Shown one piece after another: positions 20,079-27,557 of a stretch of DNA of 64,000 bases. The translations under genes and the position numbers were made by a program. The first letter of the stretch is position 1, and each line of letters starts with the position of its first letter. This DNA is from Candidatus Eiseniibacteriota bacterium. GTDB taxonomy: Bacteria; Eisenbacteria; RBG-16-71-46. Where the stretch lies: NCBI GenBank assembly GCA_963717505.1, contig OY970342.1, positions 155,674 to 219,673 on the forward strand. The letters run 5' to 3'. A model generated the notes under the pieces. The model searched no databases. It worked only from the letters and a program-made list of their open reading frames with translations, and was not told the DNA's origin.

Positions 20079-21414
20079 ACGCGCTCTTGGCCACGCTCAT
20101 CTCCAGCGCTCGCTTGAGAATCCCGAGCGCCTGGTCCAGCTCCTCAGTGGTCACGTCAAGCGGCGGCCGGAAGCGCAGGCCGCGTTCGCCGCACGGCAGG
20201 ATCATCATCCCCAGCTCGTAGGCTTTCTCGCGCACCTGATTGCGCAGCGTGCCGTCGGCAAAGTCAATTGCGCACATTAGCCCGCGGCCGCGCGCGTTGG
20301 ACATCAGGTCGGCGCGGTCGCCCTGCAATTTGTGGAGCCCCGCGAGCAGGTGCTTGCCCGTGGCCTCGGCACGTTCGACCAGCTTGTCCGCTTCCATGAT
20401 CTCGAGGAAGCGCTGGCAGCGCACCATGTCGACCAGATTCCCGCCCCAGGTCGAGTTGATGCGGCTGCCGACCTTGAACACGTTCTCGGGCTCCTCGTCG
20501 AGCTTGCCGCCGGCCATCATGCCGCACACCTGCGTCTTCTTGCCGAAGGCCAGCAGGTCGGGCTCGATCCCCCAGTGCTGATGGGCCCACATGCGGCCGG
20601 TGATGCCCATGCCGGTCTGGACTTCGTCGAAGATCAGGAGTGAATGGTTCTCGTGCGCGACGTCTTTGAGCGCACGCAGGAACTCGGGCCGGAAGTGATT
20701 GTCGCCGCCCTCGGCCTGGATCGGCTCGATCAGGATCGCAGCGATCTCGTCCTGCCGATCGCGGAACGCGGAGCGAATCGCGTCGAGCGACTCCTTCTCG
20801 GCGGCCATCACCCGCGTGGTCTCGGCGTCGGTCACGGGGAAGCGCAGCTTGGGATTCGAAACCCGCGGCCAGTCGAAGTGCGCGAACAGCTCGAACTTCC
20901 TGGGGTCAGCTGTGTTGGTCATGCCGACCGTGTAGCCGGAGCGGCCGTGGAAGGCCTCGCGGAAATGGAGGATCTGTGTGCCTTTCTCGCCGCGCACACC
21001 GCGCCGGCGATTCTGGCGCACCTTCCAGTCCATCGCGGCTTTGAGCGCGTTCTCGACCCCGGCAGCCCCACCGGCGATGAAGAACACGTGCGGCAGGTGC
21101 TCCGGCATCGCAAGCCGCGCGAAGGTCTCGACGAATTCGGCCATTTCGACGGTATAGACGTCGGAGTTGGTCGGATTGACCAGTGCAGCGCGCGTCAGCT
21201 TCGCCAGGAATTCGGGATCGCGCAGCATGAGGTGCCCGGGGCCGACCGGCATGGTCGCAAAGAACGAGAACATGTCGAGGTATTCGCGCCCGGTGCGTGC
21301 ATCGTGCAGGTGGCGCCCCCGGCTCTTCTCGAGATCGAGCACGAGATCGTAACCATCGGCCAGCATGTGGCGCGCGAGGGTCTCGTGCACGCGGTCCGGC
21401 GTGATGCGGGTCAT
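20077..21414 (-). CDS. lat: L-lysine 6-transaminase (L-lysine epsilon-aminotransferase)
   Basis: ATG 21414 (MTRITPDRVHETLARHMLADGYDLVLDL...). Long collinear identity blocks with mycobacterial LAT as I recall it: NSDVY.VEMA.FVETFAR, FHGRSGYT, FDWPR, EPIQ.EGGD.HFRPEF, LLIFDEVQTG, AFGKKTQVCG.MAG, NSTWGGNL, RGRGLMCA, RFRPPL. Confidence 0.93.
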   Translation of the reverse strand: MTRITPDRVHETLARHMLADGYDLVLDLEKSRGRHLHDARTGREYLDMFSFFATMPVGPGHLMLRDPEFLAKLTRAALVNPTNSDVYTVEMAEFVETFARLAMPEHLPHVFFIAGGAAGVENALKAAMDWKVRQNRRRGVRGEKGTQILHFREAFHGRSGYTVGMTNTADPRKFELFAHFDWPRVSNPKLRFPVTDAETTRVMAAEKESLDAIRSAFRDRQDEIAAILIEPIQAEGGDNHFRPEFLRALKDVAHENHSLLIFDEVQTGMGITGRMWAHQHWGIEPDLLAFGKKTQVCGMMAGGKLDEEPENVFKVGSRINSTWGGNLVDMVRCQRFLEIMEADKLVERAEATGKHLLAGLHKLQGDRADLMSNARGRGLMCAIDFADGTLRNQVREKAYELGMMILPCGERGLRFRPPLDVTTEELDQALGILKRALEMSVAKSA

Positions 21415-21905
21415 GGGGCGTCTCCTTCGGCTGCGGTCGAAACGAACGTTTCTTCCTTCTGGGTGGAAAGCACGAGCAGCGTGCGGGTCTGGCGCACGCC
21501 CTCGATCCGATTGATCTCTTCGAGCAAGAGGCGCTGGAGTGCGGCGACGTCGCGCACGCGGACCTTGAGCAACAGCGAGAACTCCCCGGTCACGTGGTGG
21601 CACTCGAGCACCTGGTCGACCTCGCGCATGCGCTGGATGAACGCGTCTTCGTTGCGCGGGTGCTCGATGAACACTTCGACGAACGCAGTGACCGCAGCCC
21701 CGACAGCGGCCGGGTTGACCATGGCCGCGAACCGGCGGATCACCCCCGAAGCCTCGAGCTTGCGCAGACGCTCGTTGACCGCCGCAGTCGAGAGTCCGAC
21801 GCGCTTGGCGACCTCGGCCTGGGGCAGCTTGCCGTCGCGTTGCACCAGGCTGAGGATCTTCCGGTCCTTGGCGTCCAGGAACCTATGGATATTCGGTGTC
21901 TTCAT
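21411..21905 (-). CDS. Lrp/AsnC family transcriptional regulator
   Basis: ATG 21905. HTH LDAKDRKILSLVQRDGKLPQAEVAKRVGLSTAAVNERLRKLE plus a C-terminal AsnC/RAM domain. Its stop overlaps the lat start as ATGA. Confidence 0.9.
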   Translation of the reverse strand: MKTPNIHRFLDAKDRKILSLVQRDGKLPQAEVAKRVGLSTAAVNERLRKLEASGVIRRFAAMVNPAAVGAAVTAFVEVFIEHPRNEDAFIQRMREVDQVLECHHVTGEFSLLLKVRVRDVAALQRLLLEEINRIEGVRQTRTLLVLSTQKEETFVSTAAEGDAP

Positions 21906-21962
21906 GGACTGACGAGTATATGTTCGGCACATATCGTACGCAACCGTAGAGTTTTCAGATCA

Positions 21963-21980
21963 ACTGTCCCCGGGGACAGT
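21963..21980. promoter_or_regulatory. perfect 18-bp palindrome in lrp/thrH divergent intergenic region (candidate operator)
   Basis: ACTGTCCCCGGGGACAGT. A second inverted repeat, ATATGT-N5-ACATAT, lies at 21918-21934. Both are in the 124-nt divergent promoter region. Confidence 0.35.
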
Positions 21981-22029
21981 TCGCGGGGCCCCGCGTGGTT
22001 TGGGCCGGCGTGCTAGGATGCTGCGCCCC

Positions 22030-22656
22030 ATGATCTTCGCTCTCGACCTCGAGGGGGTTCTCGCCCCCGAAATCTGGCCCATCCTTGGGGCCCACTTCGG
22101 CGTGCCCGAGCTGTCCCTGACCACCCGCGACATCGAGGACTTCGGCGAGCTGATGGCCCGGCGGGTCGAAGGCACCCGGGCCAAGAAGGTCCGGCTCAGC
22201 GACCTGGAGCGCGTCGCCCATCAGGTCGAGCCCTACCTCGGCGCCCGTGAGTTTCTGACCCGACTGCGGGGCCTCGGCCAGGTGGTCATCATCTCCGACA
22301 CCTTCCACGAGTTTTCGGAGCCGCTGCTGCAGAAGCTCGGCGGGCACAGCCTGTTCGCCAATCGATTCGAACTGAACGGCGACGGGATGGTGCGCGGATT
22401 CAAGCTGCGCATCCGCGGCAAGAAGGAGCGCATCGTGTCGGGATTCCGCAGCGCCGGCTTCGCGGTAGCGGCGATGGGCGACAGCCTGAACGACTTGTCG
22501 CTGCTCCGCAGCTCGGACTATCGGGTGCTCTATCGGCCGGTCGATCGGCTGCGCGCCGAGTTTCCGGGCGATCCGGTCGCGGTCAATCTCGACGAGGCGC
22601 TGGTGTTCCTCACCACCGCGTGGCGCAACGCGCAGGAAGAACGCGGCGCGAACTGA
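22030..22656 (+). CDS. thrH: bifunctional phosphoserine phosphatase / homoserine phosphotransferase ThrH-like HAD protein
   Basis: MIFALDLEGVLAPEIW..., VVIISDTFHEFSEPLLQKLG and AAMGDSLNDLSLL are collinear with Pseudomonas ThrH as recalled (CLDLEGVLVPEIW, VVILSDTFYEFSQPLMRQLG, AAGDSYNDTTML). Confidence 0.8.
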   Translation: MIFALDLEGVLAPEIWPILGAHFGVPELSLTTRDIEDFGELMARRVEGTRAKKVRLSDLERVAHQVEPYLGAREFLTRLRGLGQVVIISDTFHEFSEPLLQKLGGHSLFANRFELNGDGMVRGFKLRIRGKKERIVSGFRSAGFAVAAMGDSLNDLSLLRSSDYRVLYRPVDRLRAEFPGDPVAVNLDEALVFLTTAWRNAQEERGAN

Positions 22657-22920
22657 CTCTTGGTCAGTAGGTTGAACTAAGGCTATCTACAGCTTCGCTC
22701 GCGAGAATCAGTAGCGCAGCGTTTCCAACCTGCGCCGGCAAGTCAACCGAAATGTGCCGACCGACCTCCTGTTCGGGCGCTGGTTGCCGCCGCACTCGCC
22801 CGGCGACGGAAAGGTGCCACCGGCCGCACCGACACGTGAAATCGTGGCGGGCACCTCGCGTGCTCGCCGGCCCTCGCTTCCCACGCTCGAACCACTGGCG
22901 CTCAAGGCCCAAATACTTGC

Positions 22921-23535
22921 CTAGTCGCTCTTCGCGAGCCCCTTGACGACGCACTGGAACACGCGGTTCACGAACGCATCGTTCAACGGCTGGTGGCGGA
23001 CGAACATGCGATAGAACAACGGCCCGACGAGCAGGTCGACGATCACGAGGGCCGGCACGTCCTTGCGTAAAGCGCCTGACGCCTGCGCTTCCCGAATCAT
23101 CTTCGCGGTCCCCTCGCTACGCGGATAGAACAGTCCATCGAGCAGTGCAGTGCGGATCTCCGGGTCGCGTTGTGCTTCGCCCAGGAGCGACGTCAGCAAC
23201 CGCCCCATCAGGTGATCCGACGCCCCGGCGATGCCCCGCATCTCGGTGCGGACGGCTGCCAGCGGATCGGCGCCAGACGGCGGCGGCACGGCTTCCGCGG
23301 CCATGCCCATCAGCAGCTCCACCACCAGGGCCGGGCGATTGGGCCACCAGCGGTAGATGGTCGTCTTGGCGACGCCCGAGCGGGCGGCGATCGCCTCGAT
23401 CGTCGCCGCTTCGAATCCGCCCTTCTCGACGAGGGTACGGGTCGCATCCAGGATGGCGCGCCGCGCCTGCTGGCTGCGGGGGCGTCCGCGCGGGGGCGCG
23501 GTGGCTGGCGCTGAGGTGGAACGCTTGGGAGCCAT
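22921..23535 (-). CDS. TetR/AcrR family transcriptional regulator
   Basis: N-terminal HTH RRAILDATRTLVEKGGFEAATIEAIAARSGVAKTTIYRWWPNRPALV. Confidence 0.9.
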   Translation of the reverse strand: MAPKRSTSAPATAPPRGRPRSQQARRAILDATRTLVEKGGFEAATIEAIAARSGVAKTTIYRWWPNRPALVVELLMGMAAEAVPPPSGADPLAAVRTEMRGIAGASDHLMGRLLTSLLGEAQRDPEIRTALLDGLFYPRSEGTAKMIREAQASGALRKDVPALVIVDLLVGPLFYRMFVRHQPLNDAFVNRVFQCVVKGLAKSD

Positions 23536-23551
23536 GGCGACAGGTTACGCT

Positions 23552-23565
23552 ACGACACGTATCGT
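23552..23565. promoter_or_regulatory. candidate TetR operator half-palindrome 1
   Basis: ACGACACGTATCGT (12/14 self-complementary) inside the direct repeat CGCTACGnnACGTATCGT. Lies in the tetR / 23730 divergent intergenic region. Confidence 0.4.
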
Positions 23566-23618
23566 TATCAAGGCTTGGGGCCCGTTCCGCGCCCTCGAAC
23601 GAAATACCTTGAATCGCT

Positions 23619-23632
23619 ACGCTACGTATCGT
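23619..23632. promoter_or_regulatory. candidate TetR operator half-palindrome 2
   Basis: ACGCTACGTATCGT (12/14 self-complementary). Second copy of the same 18-20-nt motif, 67 bp from the first. Confidence 0.4.
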
Positions 23633-23729
23633 ATCTATTAGTGACAACGGGTTGTCTCCGCCGGTCGCCGGGGTCCCGAGTCTTCGCCACCCGCCCGTGA
23701 CGGGGCCACCCCTCATCCAAGGGGGAGCC

Positions 23730-25052
23730 ATGTCCACTTCGAAGATGGAATCTGTTCGCAGTCGTACCTCGATCCGAGCCGAACGCCCAATGATTGCTCT
23801 TCTACGATCTGGCCTGCTCGCCCTCGGACTCTGCGCTGCCACCTCGCCGGCGGCGGCCCAGTGGTCGCGTGTCGACGCCGTTCCCGCGACCAATGTGCTC
23901 ACGGTGCGGACCCTCGGCGACACCATCGTCGCGGGCACGTTCACCCGCGCCTACCTCAGCACCAATGCCGGTGCGAACTGGCAGCCCACCTCGCAGATCG
24001 GTGGCGGCGTGCCGATCCAGGCCGTGCTCGTGCGAAACGGCACGCTCTACGCCGGCACGAATCGGTCGGGCGTATTCACCAGCGGCGACTTGGGTCAGAC
24101 GTGGCATGCGTTCAACGAGGGGTTGGTGGGCGGGATCGTGAACTCCCAGCTCGACGTCTCGGACCTCGAAGTGCTGGGGGACAGCCTGTATGCCGGGACA
24201 TTCGGCGCCGGTGTCTATGTTCGTACCCTCGCCGGCGCGGGGACGTGGCACCATTTCGGCGAGGAGTTCGAGCCGAACCAGGCGTCCAACATCCGCGACC
24301 TCGCCGTGGGCGGGACGCGGCTGCTCACCGACGCGGGCGCCAACGGCAGCGTGTTCTTCCGCGATCCCGGCGATGGCGATTGGACGATTTCCTGGCTCAA
24401 CAACGTCGGTCTGCGTCCCAGCCTGGAGGCGTTCTCGACGGTGTGGACCGGAACGGGGTGGGTCGTGGCCACGGGTGTCGGGCGCGGCGTGTTCACGAGC
24501 ACGCAGGGCCATGAACCGTGGACGTTCGTGGACCTCGGCCTCGGCTTGGTGAACTCGGGCACGGTGGCCACGCGCGGCCATCAGGTGTTCGGAGCGTTCA
24601 ACCGCAACAACGACGTGGTGGTCGAACACAGTGGCGACGACGGCCTGACGTGGGATGTGCTGGACGTGCTGCCCAATGCGTTCGTCTTCCGGATGGCGAC
24701 ACACGGCACCGATCTCTATGCCGCTCGCGGCGATGGACTGTGGATCCGCTCGACCGCGACGGTGTCGGTGCCGGAACGTGGCCCGCACGCCACTCTGCGA
24801 TTCGCGATCACAGGGCCGCAGCCGATCGGTGGCGTCGCACGCGTGCGCTTCGAGCTACCCGAAGCCGCTGCGGCAAAGATCGAAGTGTTCGACGTCACGG
24901 GGCGTCGCGTGGCTGAGCCCGTGCAGCAGCAGCTGGCGGCCGGTGCCCACGAGATCTCGTGGAACACACGCGACCTCGCTCCGGGCATCTACCAGGCGCG
25001 GCTGACGGCAGGGGGGCGGCAGGAGGCGGTGCGGCTGGTGCACGTGCAGTGA
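23730..25052 (+). CDS. secreted BNR/Asp-box beta-propeller-like protein with FlgD-Ig/T9SS-type C-terminal domain
   Basis: ATG 23730 after GGGGGAG (ATG 23790 possible); signal peptide. Asp-box-like SxDxGxTW motifs (TNAGANWQP, SGDLGQTWHAF, SGDDGLTWDVL). C-terminal AKIEVFDVTGRRVAEPV...GIYQARLTAGG...RLVHVQ. Confidence 0.75.
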   Translation: MSTSKMESVRSRTSIRAERPMIALLRSGLLALGLCAATSPAAAQWSRVDAVPATNVLTVRTLGDTIVAGTFTRAYLSTNAGANWQPTSQIGGGVPIQAVLVRNGTLYAGTNRSGVFTSGDLGQTWHAFNEGLVGGIVNSQLDVSDLEVLGDSLYAGTFGAGVYVRTLAGAGTWHHFGEEFEPNQASNIRDLAVGGTRLLTDAGANGSVFFRDPGDGDWTISWLNNVGLRPSLEAFSTVWTGTGWVVATGVGRGVFTSTQGHEPWTFVDLGLGLVNSGTVATRGHQVFGAFNRNNDVVVEHSGDDGLTWDVLDVLPNAFVFRMATHGTDLYAARGDGLWIRSTATVSVPERGPHATLRFAITGPQPIGGVARVRFELPEAAAAKIEVFDVTGRRVAEPVQQQLAAGAHEISWNTRDLAPGIYQARLTAGGRQEAVRLVHVQ

Positions 25053-25155
25053 TGCGCGCACGCGGCTAGCGCGGGGATGGCCATCGCACACAAGTTGCCC
25101 CGGTGTGATGACGATCGAGGCGGTGAGGGCTACGCGAGTTCGGCAGATGAAGCTC

Positions 25156-25200
25156 AGCCTCTCGTGACGCCGGTTCCGAAGCCGGTCGTCACGAGAGGCT
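25156..25200. terminator. long GC hairpin between convergent genes (putative bidirectional terminator)
   Basis: AGCCTCTCGTGACG (25156-69) pairs perfectly with CGTCACGAGAGGCT (25187-200). An inner CCGG/CCGG extension is present. No clear U-tract. Confidence 0.45.
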
Positions 25201-25229
25201 GATGTTCCTGGGACCGACCGTGTATCCGT

Positions 25230-25682
25230 CTACCTGTGCATTGCGAAAATGAACTTCCAGTCCGGAGTGTCCCCGAGCCCGTACTTGGCTTCGAATGCCA
25301 TGTTCGGGTTGATGTGGATTCCGCCGATGAGTGCCCCTCCGAATTCCCAGTCGCCATCGCCGCCTTCAAAGTCGTACCAGGGGAACGACAGGCCGGCACC
25401 GATATAGGGCCTGAGGTCGGAGCTGGTCTTGAGGACGTAGTGCGCATCCAGGTTCGGAATGATCATGAAGACGTTGTCACCCCAGCCGAAGTCGATGCTC
25501 GGCACGAGGTCCATCTCTTCGCCCAACGGGCGGGCGTTGTAGTGAAACCCAACCAGGAAGGCATCGGGGTCGATCGCCCATCCGATCTGGAGTCCGGCGC
25601 CTGTGATGCCACCGGCATGGGCGGGAACGGCGGCAGTAGTCAGGACCACCGCAAGGATCATGAACGGCAGGGTGCGGCGCAT
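25230..25682 (-). CDS. small outer-membrane beta-barrel-like protein
   Basis: ATG 25682 after AAAGGAG; signal peptide MRRTLPFMILAVVLTTAAVPAHA. Alternating hydrophobic beta-strand pattern with Gly/aromatic-rich strands; ends ...WKFIFAMHR. 150 aa. Confidence 0.6.
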   Translation of the reverse strand: MRRTLPFMILAVVLTTAAVPAHAGGITGAGLQIGWAIDPDAFLVGFHYNARPLGEEMDLVPSIDFGWGDNVFMIIPNLDAHYVLKTSSDLRPYIGAGLSFPWYDFEGGDGDWEFGGALIGGIHINPNMAFEAKYGLGDTPDWKFIFAMHR

Positions 25683-26088
25683 GGCGCTCCTTTCGACAAG
25701 TGGGGAACCAATGGGTCGTGGTCGGGGAGTGGTAGCGCTTGCCGCCCGTGGAGTCAAACATCCTTTCGGCTGGCTCACCCCCCGGCCCCCCACGGGCCCG
25801 CCCGAGCGGCCCCTCCGCACCCCTCCACCTGCGGGATGCGCCGGATTCGCCAAACTCGACGTCACCTCCCGCACCGCCGCACGGCCCTCGCTTTCCTTCA
25901 CTGCCCCTCTGGCGGGAGCCGACAGCCCGAACTTTGGTCGACATGCCAGGAACGCCCGCTCCCGCCGCGGGCGGCAGGCAACGGGTCAGACCATATGGAA
26001 CGACCGGCTCGCGATCGTAAGGTCGTGCTTCTCGCGAGAGAAGACGACGGTGGCGGGGATGCCGCCACGCTCGATCGCGGGTTAGCGC

Positions 26089-27250
26089 TTGCGGCGCCAG
26101 AGCCGCATACGAAAGGAGCCGGTCGTGAGCTCGAACGCTATCACCTGGGTGGGGCTGGACGCACACAAGAACTCGATCCACGTCGCGATGCTGGTCCCGG
26201 GGCGGGAGGAGCCCCTGTGCTGGCAGGAAGCCAATGAGGAGACGGCGGTTCGGCGTCTGGCGCGACGGCTGACCCGCGAGGCGCCCGGTGAGGTGCGTGC
26301 CTGCTACGAGGCGGGCCCCCTGGGCTATGCCCTCCAGCGGGCGCTCGAGGCCCAGCAGGTGATCTGCGAGGTGGTGGCGCCCTCGCTGATCCCGATCAAG
26401 CCCGGGGAACGGATCAAGACCGACTGGCGGGATGCGACGCAAGCTGGCCGAGCTGCTGCGCTCGGGGATGCTGACCGCTGTGCAACCTCCCAATGAGGCC
26501 GATGAGGCGTTGCGCGACTTGTGCCGCGGGCGCGACAGCGTGCGGCAGGACCTGATGCGGGCACGGCACCGCATGAGCAAGTTCCTGTTGCGCCGTGGCT
26601 ATCGCTATCGCGACACCCAGCGTCACTGGGGTGTGCGACACATGAAGTGGCTACGGCCGCTCGGGTTCGAGCATGCCTCCGCCCAGGCGATCTTCGATCA
26701 CTACCTGCTGACGATCGATCACCTCGATGAGCGGTTGCGGCAGGTCGACGCCCACCTCGAGGCGTTCGGAGGACAGGAGCCCTATCGCCAGCCGGTGGCT
26801 TGGCTGCGCTGCTTCCGCGGCATTGACACGGTGACGGCGGTGAGTCTCGTCGCTGAGCTTCATGACTTCCGTCGCTTCCGATCGGCGCGTGCGTTGATGG
26901 CCTATCTGGGGTTGGTGCCCAGTGAACACTCCAGCGGTGAGCAACGCCGTCAGGGCAGCATCACGCGTGCGGGCAACCGCCACGTACGACGACTGCTGGT
27001 CGAGGCTGCGTGGCATCACCGCCATCGGCCCGTGCTCAGCCAGCCGCTACGCAAGCGTCGCGAGGGGCAACCCGCGCAGATCATCGCCATTGCGGATCGC
27101 GCGCAGGAGCGACTCCACGGGCGCTTCGTGCGCATGACCCGGCGTGGCATCCACTACAACAAGGTCGTCGTCGCCATGGCTCGCGAGCTCGTGGGCTACC
27201 TGTGGGCGACGCTTTATCCGCATGAGGTCGAGGCCCCACCCTCGACCTGA
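26089..27250 (+). mobile_element. IS110-family insertion sequence (only the transposase span given; element ends not determined)
   Basis: Contains the IS110-type DEDD transposase gene. IS110 elements lack obvious terminal inverted repeats, so I could not place the borders. Non-coding flanks run ~25.7-26.12 kb and 27.25-27.49 kb. Confidence 0.7.
26125..27250 (+). pseudogene. IS110-family transposase, interrupted by a +1 frameshift near 26437
   Basis: GTG 26125 after AAAGGAG. N-terminal ITWVGLDAHKNSIHVA...GERIKTDWRDA runs in one frame. It continues in the next frame as RKLAELLRSGMLTAV...GIDTVTAVSLVAELHDFRRF...LMAYLGLVPSEHSSGE..RQGSITRAGNRHVRRLLVEAAW. One extra base in GATGCG-A-CGCAAG restores ...TDWRDARKLAELLR. 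Confidence 0.85.
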
Positions 27251-27482
27251 ACGCTTGCGCAGCACGGAGAGAATCAGGAAGAAGGTCGGCACGATCCGAG
27301 GGCCGCGCGACTGCACTATGCGGTGAGCTAGCAGCATCGCCTGAATCCGCGATCTCAGACAGCGTGCCCTCTCGACGGAACACGGTCATGCGGCTCGGCC
27401 CGGGACGCCGGCGCAACCCGCGGATACTAGAGTGACTCGTCGTCGAAGCGACCGGCCTTCTTCTTGATCCACTCCGAAGCGG

Positions 27483-27516
27483 GAACAAACCAAACGGGCC
27501 ACCCGCTGGGGTGGCC
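27483..27516 (-). terminator. intrinsic terminator of the FG-GAP gene
   Basis: On the minus strand, GGCCACCC-cagc-GGGTGGCC is followed by CGTTTGGTTTGTT. Lies ~45 nt after the stop at 27558. Confidence 0.6.
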
Positions 27517-27557
27517 GTAAGGGACGAAACTGTGCCTTGACCTAGGGTCGTTCCATA

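Noticed and set aside
22885-22893. tRNA-like T-loop (GGTTCGAGC on the minus strand)
   Set aside because: The flanking sequence cannot form a T-stem, acceptor stem or anticodon arm.
26431-26440. Programmed ribosomal frameshift in the IS110 transposase
   Set aside because: As far as I know, IS110-family transposases are made from a single ORF. No slippery heptamer or downstream structure is evident at the shift. A simple 1-nt insertion explains it.
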